DNA of 64,000 nucleotides from Camelus dromedarius (lineage: Eukaryota): assembly GCF_036321535.1 (NCBI RefSeq), contig NC_087464.1, positions 23,188,001 through 23,252,000 of the forward strand, in the 5' to 3' direction. Every line of letters starts with the position of its first letter. Positions within the stretch are counted from its first letter, which is position 1. Position numbers and translations under genes: made by a program. Shown here one piece after another: positions 23,715-36,490 of this stretch. The notes beneath the pieces were generated by a model that was not told where the DNA came from, searched no databases, and worked only from the letters and a program-made list of their open reading frames with translations.

Positions 23715-24059
23715 TCCTTCTGCTGGTGACAAGAGGTAGGTTTCCGCAGCTGACAGAAGGGGCACTTCAGGGAGTCCACCCCCATCTCTGCTTGAGCTTT
23801 GGATCGGTGAGCGCTGTCATACAGGCTCTGGCACTAGTTGCCCTCCCCAATTTCTTGTTCTTGATGAGTCCCTGGGGGAGGGCCAAGGGGTTTGAGTGTG
23901 CTTGTCTGACCTCTCAGGATGGCCCAAGAAGTGTGGAGAGAATGTAAACTATCCTGACAACTAAGGTGCCCTGGGCTGGTCCTGGGCTTCTGCATCCAAA
24001 GTAAATGATAAAATTTGGAAAAGGTCCTGTACGGTAGAATCTTAAGAGAGACTGGTCTT

Positions 24060-24797
24060 TTTTTTTTTTTTAACATTTTTTTTATTGAGTTATAGTCATT
24101 TTACAATGTTGTGTCAAATTCCAGTGTAGAGCACAATTTTTCAGTTATACATGAACATATATATATTCATTGTCACTTTTTTTTTTTTGCTGTGAGCTAC
24201 CATAAGATCTTGTATATATTTCCCTGTGCTATACAGTATAATCTTGTTTAACTATTCTACATTTTGAAATCCCAGTCTGTCCCTTCCCACCCCCCGCCCC
24301 CTTGGCAACCACAAGTTTGTATTCTATGTCTATGAGTCTGCTTCTGTTTTGTATTTATGTTTTGTGTTTTTTTTAGATTCCACATACGAGCAATCTCGTA
24401 TGGTATTTTTCTTTCTGTTTCTGGCTTACTTCACTTAGAATGACATTCTCCAGCAACATCCGTGTTGCTGCAAATGGNNNNNNNNNNNNNNNNNNNNNNN
24501 NNNNNNNNNNNNNNNNNNNNNNNNNNNNNNNNNNNNNNNNNNNNNNNNNNNNNNNNNNNNNNNNNNNNNNNNNNNNNNNNNNNNNNNNNNNNNNNNNNNN
24601 NNNNNNNNNNNNNNNNNNGTGCAGGTGTCATTTTGAAGAAGGATTCCTTCTGGATACATGCCCAGGAGCGGGATTCCTGGGTTATATGGTACGTCTATTC
24701 CTAGTCTTTTGAGGAATCTCCATACTGTTTTCCACAGTGGCTGCACCAAACTGCATTCCCACCAGCAGTGTAGGAGGGTTCCCTTTTCTCCACAGCC
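24060..24797 (-). mobile_element. Young 5'-truncated L1 (cetartiodactyl/camelid type), ~740 bp
   Basis: Poly(T) at 24058-24071 and L1 3'UTR/ORF2-end sequence. 18-bp TSD ttaagagagact(g/a)gtctt at 24042-24059 and 24798-24815. Contains N-run 24478-24618. Confidence 0.92.
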
Positions 24798-27051
24798 TTA
24801 AGAGAGACTAGTCTTGATTCTGAAAAAGGGCCAATTTTCTAGGACCACAAGTGTCTGAAGTCCTGATCACTAAGACTATGCAAGCAGAGATTGTCAGGGG
24901 AGGCCACACCCTTCTCTTTTGATGCCTTGGGTCAGGTAAGTCCCCTTCCAGCCTAGAAACATCCTGCAGCGTGAGGAGGTGAGGGGCATGTTGTTTCCCC
25001 ACCTGCAGAACGTTAACCTGCCTGCGTTGTGGGCTGAGTTTCTGCCGCCCACTCTAGAAAGCAAGTTATGAAACTGACTTTCTTTTCTGCACCCCTGCTC
25101 TACCCTAGCAGCTTCAGTTCCCAGGATTTTGATAGGTGCTCATGGGAGCCAATGGAACTCATCATCCATGAGCACCCCAACCCTGCCTTACCATCCTCTG
25201 GCCCTGCTAACCCAAGATAGGCTCCAAAGGAAGAAGACAGATATCCTGTACATCCCCACCCACAAGGCTGAAGTGGGAACCTGAGAAGTGCTGGAATAAG
25301 GTGGGAGGGGCTAGGGGAGCACCTCAGAGCTGGCTCACTTCAGGAGCTAACTCGTGGCAGTATGGGAGGGAATGGGAACCCCCTCCACCATGAGATCCCA
25401 CCTTCCCAATAGTGGCCTCTATCCAAGCACCTGCCTTGGGCACTTCCAGGCTAGAAGTGGCAGTGAAAGCTCACACCCACAAAACTGTCAGGTCACACAG
25501 TCAAAATCCATTTGGGGACATAAATGTATACAATCCAAGGCCAGAGCTTGAGGTCAGATGGGCAGTGGACCCCAGCTGGCCCTTGAGGGACTCCAATGTT
25601 GCACCAGGTCTAGGTACAGGGTGGGGCTAAGGGGAAGAGTCACAAGATAATCAGACATTGTTTCTACCTCAAGGATGTCCAGTCTGTAGAGGAGAGAAAG
25701 AAAAGAAAGTGACAGCACAAGGCAGTGATAGTGGAAGAAGGTGGGGGTTCTGAGAAGAGGCACCTAATTCACTCACAGGTACTGATGGAGCTGGTTCCTC
25801 AAAGACCAGGAGGAGTTAGTCAGCTAAACAAGTCTGGACAAGGAATTCCAGGCAGAGCACAGAGAGATGATGCTGCATCTGGTGAGAGGCAGGTGGGACT
25901 GGAGCACCAGGTGGGACCTAGGTCACAAGGAGCCTCCCTGAAGGAAGTGAGGGGCCAATGGAAGCCAGGCAGTGCCCCAGTCTGTTTGGTGTTTGAGAAG
26001 GATCCCTTGGACACCAGCAGGGGATTTTAAGGGGCCTGACTACATTCAGGACACTACGGAGAGGTAGGAGTGGGGTAATGGCAGTGGGGACAGATTTGCG
26101 AGCTACCCAGACTAGGTAGGATTCCACTGCCATTACAGCCAGGACAAGGAGGGCTTCTCCTTGGGCACTAACCCTAGCTTGGTCAGGACTTAGCCTGCAT
26201 TCCTGACATCACAGGTGTCATGCTATGCAAGGACCAAACAACAGATGGATCTGGAGTAGGGTATAGGGGGTGGGGTCCACAGCTTCAAATTGGTGAAGGT
26301 TTTAGAAGCTTTTGTCCACTGGCCATGAATCTGCCAGGGAACGTTCACTGCACAGTTGGGGGAAGACCTGGGTCAGACACACTCCCACCTGCCACACGCA
26401 CCTCCTGCACACACTCCCTTCATCTCCTGGCCCCCACTCTATTAGTTGTTTTGGATCATTGCTATGCACACGTTGGCCACTAGGGACTCTCTAGTCCCCT
26501 CAAATTCACTGAGATGTTGAAATACCTACAGGTCTTCCAGTGACAGGGGTAACTGAAGGGAGGGGAGAGGAAGGAGAGGAGGGAGAGTGGGAGGAAGGAA
26601 GGAAGCAAGGAAGGAAATATAGCCACAGGAAGGTCTCCTTGGTGACACCAGGTTTCTTCCTGTCAGAGCACGGATCTTAGTTTATAATTGTGCCCTCATT
26701 AGTGTGAACCTCTGGTTGTCAGTCACCCCAATAAACCAGAAGCCATGATTGAATGGATCTTGCCTGCCTTGCTCTCTACCCAGCTCTTGGAACACAGGAA
26801 GCCCACAGAGAGCTATTGACTGAGTGAATCAAGACTAGCTGAGCCAGATTTCAGTCACATCAAAGTCCTTAACTGTCCAGCCTCATGGATAGTAGCCAAA
26901 GTCTCTCCATCCCCACCACTGCTTATTCCCCCATCTGGGCCCTTGGGTTCTACCTACTCTTTGAAGAATCTAAAGGTCACCATAGCGATTAGGTTTGTAT
27001 ATCCAACTTGAGGATCTGGTGTTGTTTCTGATACCTGCTGACTATCATACT

Positions 27052-27499
27052 TGTTGGGAGTTGAACTGCGTCGCTCTGAGAGGTATGTTGAAGTCTTAAC
27101 CCCTGGTACTTGTGAATGTGACCTTATTTGGAAATAGGGTCTTTGCAGATGTAATTAATATGGAAGATCAGGTCATATTGAAGTGCGATAGGTCCTTAAC
27201 CTAATATGTCCTTACAGGAAGAGCAGAAGAGACAGACATACGGAGGGAAGAACAGCATGTGAAGATGGAGGTAGAGATTGGAGTTATGCAGGTACAAGCC
27301 AAGAAATGCCAAAGACCGCCAGCAAATAACAGAAGCTAAGAGGCACAGCACAAGCCTTCCCCAGAGCCTTCGGAGAAAGCATGGTCCTGCTGGCAGCTTA
27401 ATTTTGGGTTTCTGGCTTCCAGAACTATGAGGGAATACATTTCTGTCGTGTGAGGTCGCCCCGCCTGTAGTACTCTGTAAAAGCGGCCTTAAGAATACA
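27052..27499 (+). mobile_element. Complete MaLR solo LTR (MLT1A-C type)
   Basis: Starts TGTTGGGAG...atgttgaagtcttaacccc...gaatgtgaccttatttggaaatagggtctttgcagatgtaatt and ends ...aataca. Confidence 0.85.
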
Positions 27500-27769
27500 G
27501 CGGGTATTCTCACCACCGTCAGCGGGAATAGGGAAAAAGAATATGGGGTGCTTGCCAAGATCCTTGTTATCAGAATTTCCAGTCCTGCATGGAGAGACTC
27601 TCTGCAGGCTTGTGCTAGCAAATGTAAAGCCTGGTGTCATGCTGAACAGATCACAGGCTTTGCAGGAAGTGAGACTGACTGTTATCTGGAGCAAGTTAAT
27701 TCTTCTCTGAGCCTCAACTTCCTCACCTGCAAAAATGGGCCAGATTGTTGTGAGGATAAGGGATATAAT

Positions 27770-27980
27770 AATACCAGGCTTCCTGACCTTTAATCATCAG
27801 AATCACCTAGGGCATTTGTTAAAAATGTAGACTGCATGTTATATGTTAATTATACCTCAATTAAAAAAAAACACAGATTGCCAGGGTTGACCGTCAAAGC
27901 AACAGGATCAGAACCTCCCAAGAAGGACCTGGAAATGGGCATTCTGCTAGGGTCCTCACGTGGTTCTGATGATTAAGCAA
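27770..27980. mobile_element. MER5A-like hAT MITE carrying a ~30-bp L1 3'-tip insertion
   Basis: catcagaatcacctagggcatttgttaaaaatgtagactgc ... ggatcagaacc ... gtggttctgatg, interrupted at 27836-27866. Confidence 0.6.
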
Positions 27981-28327
27981 AGCTGACTATTCCCCAAGAT
28001 AACATATGGAAGGAGCCACACTCTCACTGGTAAGAGAGATACAAAGTTAAATCCCCTTTCCTTTCCCTTCCCATTCAGCTATGGAGAGAGTCTCAACTGT
28101 TCAAGAACTGTTGAGAGCTGCCCCCTACAGGTGATGATGGGAAAGAGAGGCTCTTGGCTCAGGGAGCTGGGGGCACAGGAAGAAACCTTTAGGACAGCAG
28201 CTAATGGACTCCAAGCACAAAGCACCCCAGCCCTGGGCCCTGTTTCCTGACAGGAAACTGAGGGTGTGGGACCCAGCTCAGACAGCTACAAAACTGAGCT
28301 TTCTTTGTTTAAAAAAAATTATAAGGC

Positions 28328-28932
28328 TGTGGAAAACTTGGAACCTGCATACATTGCTAGTGGGAATATAGAACGGTGCAGGCTGCTTTGGAAAAGTCTG
28401 GCAGTTCGTCAAAAAGTTAAACATAGACTTACCTAATCACCTATATAACACTCCTAGATATATACCCAAAATAATGGGGCACACACGTGCACACAAATAT
28501 TCACAGCAGTCTTATTCGTAATAGCCAAGAAGTGGAAACAACTCAAATGTCCATAAATTCATGAATGGATAAACAAAATGTGGACTACCCATATGATGGA
28601 GTATAATTCTGCCTTAGAAAGGAAGTAAGTACTGATTCACATNNNNNNNNNNNNNNNNNNNNNNNNNNNNNNNNNNNNNNNNNNNNNNNNNNNNNNNNNN
28701 NNNNNNNNNNNNNNNNNNNNNNNNNNNNNNNNNNNNNNNNNNNNNNNNNNNNNNNNNNNNNNNNNNNNNNAACTGCTGTTGCGTATGGAGTTTCTTTCTG
28801 GGGTGATGGAAATGTTCTGGAATCAGGTAGCGATAATGCTTACACAACATAGTGAACAGACAAAAAATCCCACTGAGTTATACACTTTAAAAGGGTGAAT
28901 TTTATGATATGTGAGCTATATCTCAATCAAAA
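28328..28932 (+). mobile_element. L1MB-type 3' end
   Basis: gaacctgcatacattgctagtgggaat, gtggaaacaactcaaatgtcc, gggtgatggaaatgttctggaa and tatatctcaat. Contains N-run 28643-28770. Confidence 0.85.
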
Positions 28933-29995
28933 CTTATATCCTTTAATGATGTTCTGATCATAAAAGTAATAATTTAGGAAATTACATAATAAGTATTAAA
29001 TTAATCAGCTAATTATGAAAAAGTACCATTAGAGCTCTCCTCCTCATGTCGGATGCTGGCCCCACATGATCTCCTTTGAAGGCTTCCTCCTCCTGCCACC
29101 CTTTCTACCTGATTCCCCGGTGATCTCTGTGGTGTTTATCCACCCCATCTCTAGGCCTTGTCCCTAACTTCACAAGCTACCATGCCCTGGGAAAAGAACT
29201 TTCCATAATTATACAACAGAAAAATAGTTTTTCTAGAGAGTAACACTCACCGTGCACTGAGCTGTTCCTGTGTGCCAGCCAGGACATAGTATTTTACATG
29301 CATTATCTTATATAATCTTCCCAATAACCTGTTAGGTTCCATTATTATTTTCATTTTATAGGTGAATAAATTGTGATGCAGGAAATTGGAGTCACTTGCC
29401 TAAGGCACTATGGCAGAGCTATAACTCAACAGCAGCAAGAATGTCATTCTCTCAGGTGCCCTCTCTTGTTCATCTCCATTTTTTCAAAGCAGTCTAGTAG
29501 TGAGAGTCCCATCATTGGAAGTGCCCAAGTGGGGACCTGAGGAAATGGAAAGAATGTAGGATCAGTCAGGCTAATGGCCTCAAGGCCACTTTCAGCCTTG
29601 AAATGGCAGGATTCATTTTTTTCCCAAGGCATGCTTAACTCCCACCAGAGAAGATAAGAGCTTTTCTTGCATGTGAACTTCCCTCTGCTATAAATTCACA
29701 TGATGGAACAGTGTCTTTGTCCTCACAGACTCCTCAATAATCCCTCCCCTCTGCACACATCAGAGGAAATGCCTTGTAATGACTCTTCCAAGATGAAGGC
29801 TCTGGGCTGCAGCAGGAAGCTGGTAGGCTGAACAGTGACATCCCTGAGGCATCAGAAGTCCAGCTGCTGCTTCTCCAGAGGGACAGCAAAGTATTTTGGG
29901 GCAGAAGATGATAGGAAGAGACAAAAGACCCTGATGGCCTTAAGAAAGAGGCAGGATAGCCAGTCTAAAACGATCCAGGAAGGAGTACCTAATGA

Positions 29996-30808
29996 TGGGG
30001 TAGGCTGAATTCAAAGATGGCTCCCAAGATTTATGCTTCCTGGTGTATATGTCTTGTATAATCAGGGCTGAATCTGTGAATCTGATGGGCTGTCATTCCC
30101 AAGACTAAGCTACTTACCCATTTACTTTGACTTAATCAAAAGAGAGATTACACTTTTATGCCTGACCTAATCAACTGAGACCTTAAAAGAGAGTGAAGTG
30201 TCAGAGATACTCTCCTGCTGGTTTGAAGAAATGAGGGGTGGTATTGTGAGAGGGCCTATGGAGGGTCCACGTGGCAAGGCCCTGAGGGTGGCCTCTAGGA
30301 GGTGAGAGAGGCTGACAGCAAGAAAAAAATGGGGACTCAGCAAGGAACTGAATTCTGCCAACAACCTGAGGACTCTGAGCTGCAGAGGAGACCACAGACC
30401 TGGCTGACATTTTTTTTAGGAGTNNNNNNNNNNNNNNNNNNNNNNNNNNNNNNNNNNNNNNNNNNNNNNNNNNNNNNNNNNNNNNNNNNNNNNNNNNNNN
30501 NNNNNNNNNNNNNNNNNNNNNNNNNNNNNNNNNNNNNNNNNNNNNNNNNNNNNNNNNNNNNNNNNNNNNNNNNNNNNNNNNNNNNNNGCCAGGACCTCAT
30601 GCGTGCTAAGCATGCACTCTACCACTTGAGCTATCCCCCTACCCCCTGGCTGACATCTTGATTTCAATCCTGTAAGATCCTGAGTAGAGAACCAGTTATG
30701 CTATGAAGGCATAACTAACTTACAGAAACTGAGAAATAATAAATGGGTATTGTTTTAAATTGCTTAGTTTGTGATAAATTGCTATGCAGCAATAGAAAAT
30801 TAATACAG
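29996..30808 (+). mobile_element. MLT1D-like solo LTR interrupted by a SINE
   Basis: ggtaggctgaattcaaagatggctccc start, caaggaactgaattctgccaacaacc, and terminal tgcagcaatagaaaattaataca. Confidence 0.8.
30411..30644 (-). mobile_element. tRNA-Ala-derived SINE, copy 2 (tail largely N-masked)
   Basis: Antisense head gccaggacctcatgcgtgctaagcatgcactctaccacttgagctatcccc. TSD cctggctgacat at 30399-30410 and 30645-30656. Confidence 0.85.
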
Positions 30809-31812
30809 GTGATAAGGGCTACCTCAAAGTAGCAGGGGGTTCAGAATTCACTGAGAAGCCAGCAAAGACTACCTTCAGGAGTGGTGGTTAAGAGAACAAT
30901 TTCTGGAGTCAGACAAACCTATGCTCAAATCAAAGCACCACTATTTATTAGCTGTGTGATTCTTGGGCAAATGTCCTTTGAGTCTATTTCTTCATCCATA
31001 AAATAGGGATAAATACTTATCTCACAACACTGTTAAGAGGTTTAAGTGGAATAATGAATAGTCTGTAGCATGCAGTGGCACATAATAAATTATAGTCATA
31101 ATTGTTTTTGAAAACAACAATACACAACACTCCAGGAGCCAATCTAAGGTACTGTAGGCAAAGTGCAGAGACTGACAGCAGCTCGTAGAGAGTTGATGAA
31201 TACTAATTGAACTCAAAGAGGTGAAAGCTTCCAGGTACCCTTTCGTTAGGTTAGTGGGAGAAGATGAGGATAGGTGTCTTGATAAAAGCTTTTATCCTTT
31301 CCCAGCCAGGTTCATACCCTCTAAAGCCACACTGCTAGGGAGGAAAAAGAGAAGGGCTGATACACCCTGGAGACAAGGCCTGGAGTGAGGAAGAGGAGCC
31401 TGAATGTCCACCTTGTCTTTCCTTAGGGCGACCAGGGATAGAAAATGACAAGAGACTTGTTAACTCTGAGTAGCAATGAGATAATTCAGGCTCGGGAATA
31501 GTGGCCCCACTGCCTGGGAGCTCAGTCTGGATGTAGTGAGGCCAGAGTGGATGTTCAGTTTGAAACTTAAACAAAGCAAAACAAAACAAAAAGGAAGGAA
31601 GAAAGAAAGAAACTTAAACAACCCCCTCCTGCGGGAATTGGGGGCGGGCGTTTCGCCACTACCCAAGTGAATCCTGAGATTGAGGATTTGGTGAGAAGAG
31701 TCTCAGAATCTAATTTCTGAGTCTGTTTCCTTCTCTATAAAATCAAATACTTGGACTCATATTTTAATGCTTGCAAATTTGTGATATAAGAATAGTGACT
31801 AATAAGGTCCTT

Positions 31813-31930
31813 TATTTGTCTGTTGGGAGGGTAATTAGGCTTATTTATTTTTTTAATGGCGGTACTGGGGATTGAACCCATGGCCTCGCGCATGCTAAGC
31901 ACTCTACCACTAAACTATCCCCTCGCCCCC
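31813..31930 (-). mobile_element. tRNA-Ala-derived SINE, copy 3
   Basis: ggtactggggattgaaccca...gcatgctaagcactctaccactaaactatcccc. TSD ataa(g/a)gtcctt at 31802-31812 and 31931-31941. Confidence 0.88.
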
Positions 31931-31989
31931 ATAAAGTCCTTTCTATGTAAGCAGTTGTTTTGTCCCACTCGTTCTCTTATTTTAGGTTC

Positions 31990-33000
31990 AAACCGGGGGG
32001 TAAGCAAAGAAGGTATTTTTACTATAATTTGCTGTTGTCATTGTTATCGCCCCCATGCTGAGGTGCTGGAGTCGCCTCCCAAGCCGGATACTGGCCACAA
32101 ACGGCCGCTCACCTTCCTTCCAACCTCGCTCCACGATGGCCGCTGCGCTCCGCCGGAACAGACCCGGCACGGCGCGGCTCCGAAATTGTTTGTCCTGGGC
32201 GCGCCGCCGTAGCCCGCCCGCAGCCGCGCGGCGTCCCCTTCCGCAGTGGGCGGGCACTCACGCTCCGCCCGCCGTGCGTCGGTGCGTGAGTCCGGCCCCC
32301 ACGAGCTCCGGAGCGGCCCGTGAGCTCACACCCGGCTTCTCCTCAGCCTTAACCTGCGCGCTGCCATCGCCGTCATGCTAGGCGCCGCTGTCCGCCGCTG
32401 CTCAGTAGCAGCAGCCGCAGTCACCCGGACCAGCCCTCGAGGCCTTCTGCACCCTACTCCGGCCCCCGGCCCCGCCGCCGGTAAGGCCCCCGCCTGCCAC
32501 TGTCCGCGCCCGCGTGTCCTTGCGGTGACCTGGGCCCCCGCCGCCACGCGAGGGCAGGCTTGCCAAGAGGCCTAGCCCCTGCCCTGCGGGCCGGCGGCCG
32601 AACCTGGTGACCGCTGGTCGTTCTGCCCGCCGCCTCGAGTTGTGGAGGACTCGAAGGCGTGCGCCCGGCGCCTCCGTCGGCGCGACTTCCTGGTGCGGGC
32701 ACCGCGGACCGGTCAAGCGTGGACCTGCTGTGGGCGCCGAGGAGGGGCGCAGCGCCCCTCCCGCGCCCACCGGACCCCTTCGGTGCTCGGGCCGTGACCG
32801 TGCCCCGGCGTTGACCCCGCGGCCACCTGACTGGGAGTGGCCGTCGCCGTCCCGCAGCGTTTCGGCGAAGGTGACATTGAGCTCAGGGTAGGGCCAGGGG
32901 TGGCCCATCTGGAGACCCCGGCACCGCCGCCCCCAGCGTCTTCCGAGAACACATTATGCTTACATGTGCGACACAGCATACTCTTTTTATCAGGCATTTC
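31990..33000 (+). promoter_or_regulatory. COX5A: COX5A CpG-island promoter
   Basis: CpG-dense region spanning exon 1. YY1-like CGATGGCCGC (~32134-43), ETS/GABP-like CCGGAA (~32153) and GC boxes. Confidence 0.8.
32375..32480 (+). CDS. COX5A: Cytochrome c oxidase subunit 5A, coding exon 1 (mitochondrial presequence)
   Basis: [35 protein letters not shown]; donor G|GTAAGG, phase 1. Confidence 0.97.
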
Positions 33001-35632
33001 TCGGTTAGCATTTTGTCTGTCGCTTTTCCAGACCGTTCTGTTATTTTTAGAGACTGCTGTGCCACGTTTTATTTCTTCCGTATTTCCGATAGATCGACGT
33101 GTGGTTGTTTCCTGAGGTCTGGAAGAGCCTGAATATTGATAGGTCTTATGATAAGAATATTACTGCTTCGAAAAGTGGGTGCCACAGACCCAGGAATTCT
33201 GGATTCTACAAATATGGGGGAGCTTTACTTTTTGCTTCTGGTTAGAAGCTTGACTGCTGGAGTATGAGATGTTCTGCTGATTCCTGTGTTTTATTTTTGC
33301 CTTCCCCTTATATGTGTTCCGGGAGGCTTTGTGTCCAGCACTGAACTTTTAATTACTGTAACTGAACTTTGATCTTGGTCCATGACTGTATGCTACATTA
33401 TGAAATTTGGCCCATAAGCATGCATATTTAAACATATTAACTCAAACTCAGAACTAATAAGGTTGTTCTCTTGACTGTTTTGAGTGTTTTAACTAGACAC
33501 TTCAGAACCTATTACGTTTTGCTTCAGTTTTTTCATGTAGATACATTTTAGGGGGGCTTCTTATGACCTCTTCAAAAGAATTGCTACATTTTGTGGCAGG
33601 TTGGGGAAATGGCACAGGTTTTTGGCGAACTATATAGATTAAGGGAATTATTTTCTTAGTAAGTTTGGGCGTAGTGGTTTATCTCCTAGGCATTCCAGTC
33701 ACCCTCCTGAGTATAATTCATAAACAAAAAGCTTTATTTTAGGTGTTGTCCCGTAGACCTAAATATTGCCACAAGGAGGCAGTATTGGCTACATTTACTT
33801 TCTAACTGTGTGACCTTGGATATGTTACTTAAACCTTAAGACTCCGTTGCCTCATTTCTAAAATCGGGATAATATTTAGTAGTTGTGAGGTTAAATGAGG
33901 TAATATAACTCTTAGCACCTTTCCTGGTACAAATGCTTAATGCATATTTGTTTATGTAAATGCATTACATTTTTACATAATATAGGTAAGGTTTTTCCTT
34001 TTCCTTTTCCTTTCTTTTTGAGTGGGGGACGGGGAATACAGTTTGTAACTTGGGGCTCCCAGAAGGAAGGTGAACAAATCATTGAAGGTAATCCACTGAT
34101 CTTGACTAGGATTGGCAGTTGCTGGTCATATCTTTCATAGTTAGCAAACAAAACAAAGACACAGTCATCCACTGAAACACTTTTCTGGGTAGTAGGAAAG
34201 GTGCACTTAATTTCCTCTGGGGAGGAAATGAAACACTTCATTTTTCTTGGGTAAATATTTAGAAGTAGAATTACTGGGTAGTATTGTAGGTGTGTATTTA
34301 ATTTGATAAGAAACTGCTAAACAGTTTATATGTGCACTTGACATTCAGCTATAGATAACTTTAGTTTTTGAAAAAAGTAGTTTTCAGATTTTAATAACAG
34401 TGGGCTACGGTGTTGCTTTTGTTTTTGATATGTTAAGCCTTTAAAAATAACTAGAAATTATATGAAGTTTGTCTAATTCATGTAACAGGAAATGCATGTG
34501 AAGAATGTTTTATTTCCATAAATTATGATTTCCATAAGTAGAAGATCAATTAGGACATTTTTAGGTAAGGATTAATTTAAAGGTACCATTCACTGAGTAC
34601 CTACCTACAAGGTACTAAGCCCTGGGCAAAGTGTTACCTCGCTTTCATTTTTCATCATCATAATCTGCTTAACTAGTGGTATGCCCATTTTACAAATAAG
34701 GAAAATAAAACTTGAGTTAATTTTACCAAGGTCAAACAGTGGGAGAGTGAAGAGCCTGGAAGTATATGACCACTAGGCTCTGCTGCCTCCTATAGTCTAA
34801 AGATAAAAATTCCTTCTCCATCCCCCTGCTGCATACAGAGGCTGCTTAGAAAGAATCCAGATTTCTTAAATCCCAATTCACTGTCCATTTGACAGGAAAA
34901 TGGAAAAGCTTTTCCTGTGCAAAGGGTATACTGACAGAGAGCAGAATGCTAAGTGTGTCCTCTTTTCTTGACAGTGTTACATTTTAAAAATCTCACTTCT
35001 TAGAGATCTAATAAAACAGTGGTTTTTTTCCATTGGGTGTAAGGCAGAGTGTACTTTTGAATCAGAATTTTCGAGGAGGAGGCTGTAGTTTGATAATACA
35101 ATATTTAAATTACCATTGCTTTGTTAGGATGTATAATTTATTTTGGAACATAATTTAATGGTGAGCATAGGATTTTTTTTTTAATTTATCAAGAAAAGTG
35201 TATTTTATAAATTTGCTTAAGAACTAGAATGGACATTATTTTAAATTAGGAGTTAATACTCTGCTTATCATAAAAATAACTGTATAAAGAGGATTTTTCC
35301 TTCCAAAGATAACTACATTTAATAATTTCATGCTAGCATTACACATTAGGGGGAAAAGCATAAGCATACATCTATAGCTTTTTATTCTACTTGCTTTTCT
35401 GTGCTTAATTTTTAAGATATTTTTTCGTATCAACACATCAGGTTTGTTTTATTTGACCTGCTGAATAATTTTCCTACCATGACATATATGGTTGATTCAA
35501 AACTTAATGCATTGAGTGTATTTAATACCACTGAACTATGCATTTTTAAATGATTAAGATAGTAAATTTTATGTGTGTTTTAACACACACACAAAAAGAA
35601 AAAACAAAAAATGTACTACTTCTGTACGTTGA

Positions 35633-35818
<186 letters not shown>

Positions 35819-35861
35819 TGAACTGCTATGTAGTCTTCCACTACTTTGTTGAAGGTAACTA

Positions 35862-36211
35862 TAGTTAACCCTTGAAAAACTCGGGGGTTAGGGGTACCAG
35901 CACCCACTCTCATATGGAAAATTCACATATAGCATTACAGCTGGCCCTCCTTGTTTGCAGTTCTGCATCCAAGGTTTCCTGTCTACAGATTCAGCCAACT
36001 TCAGTTGGTGTAGTACTGTAGTATTTATGAAAAAAGTTCGTGTATAAGTGGACCTGCAAGGAGGCAGGGGTATAGCTCGGTGGTAGAGTGCAGTGCTTAG
36101 CATGCATGAGGTGCTGGGTTCTATCCCCAGTGCCTCCATTTATATAAAAGATAAAAAAAGTTTAAAAGTAGACCTACACAGTTCAAACTCATATTGTTCA
36201 AGGGCCAACTG
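35862..36211. mobile_element. Tigger2-family (TcMar) MITE, interrupted by SINE copy 4
   Basis: TIRs (t/c)agttaacccttgaa ... ttcaagggccaactg flanked by TA. Confidence 0.75.
36059..36165 (+). mobile_element. tRNA-Ala-derived SINE, copy 4
   Basis: gggtatagctcggtggtagagtgcagtgcttagcatgcatgaggtgctgggttctatccccagtgcctcca; imperfect TSD aagtggacctgca / aagtagacctaca. Confidence 0.88.
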
Positions 36212-36290
36212 TATTTTGAAAACCTGCATTATGTAAACTGAGTATTGTCATGCAGCTTGCAGTTAGGAAATTTTATAGCTTCCATAGTGA

Positions 36291-36490
36291 GTGTTTCCTA
36301 TAAAGCAGGGAGGCACAGTTGACATTTGGGGCCAGTCAGTTCTTTGTTGCAAGGGCTGTCCTTTGCATTGTAGGATATTTAGCAGCATCCTTGGCTTCTA
36401 CCCAGTAGATGCCAACACTCCTGTACCCCCAAGTTGTGACCAAAAAATGTCCCCTAGGGGACAGAAATCACCCCTGATTGAAAACCACTT
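36291..36490. mobile_element. MER20 (hAT-Charlie MITE)
   Basis: gacatttggggccag...tgtaggatatttagcagcatcc...ctacccagtagatgcc...gattgaaaaccact. Confidence 0.8.
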
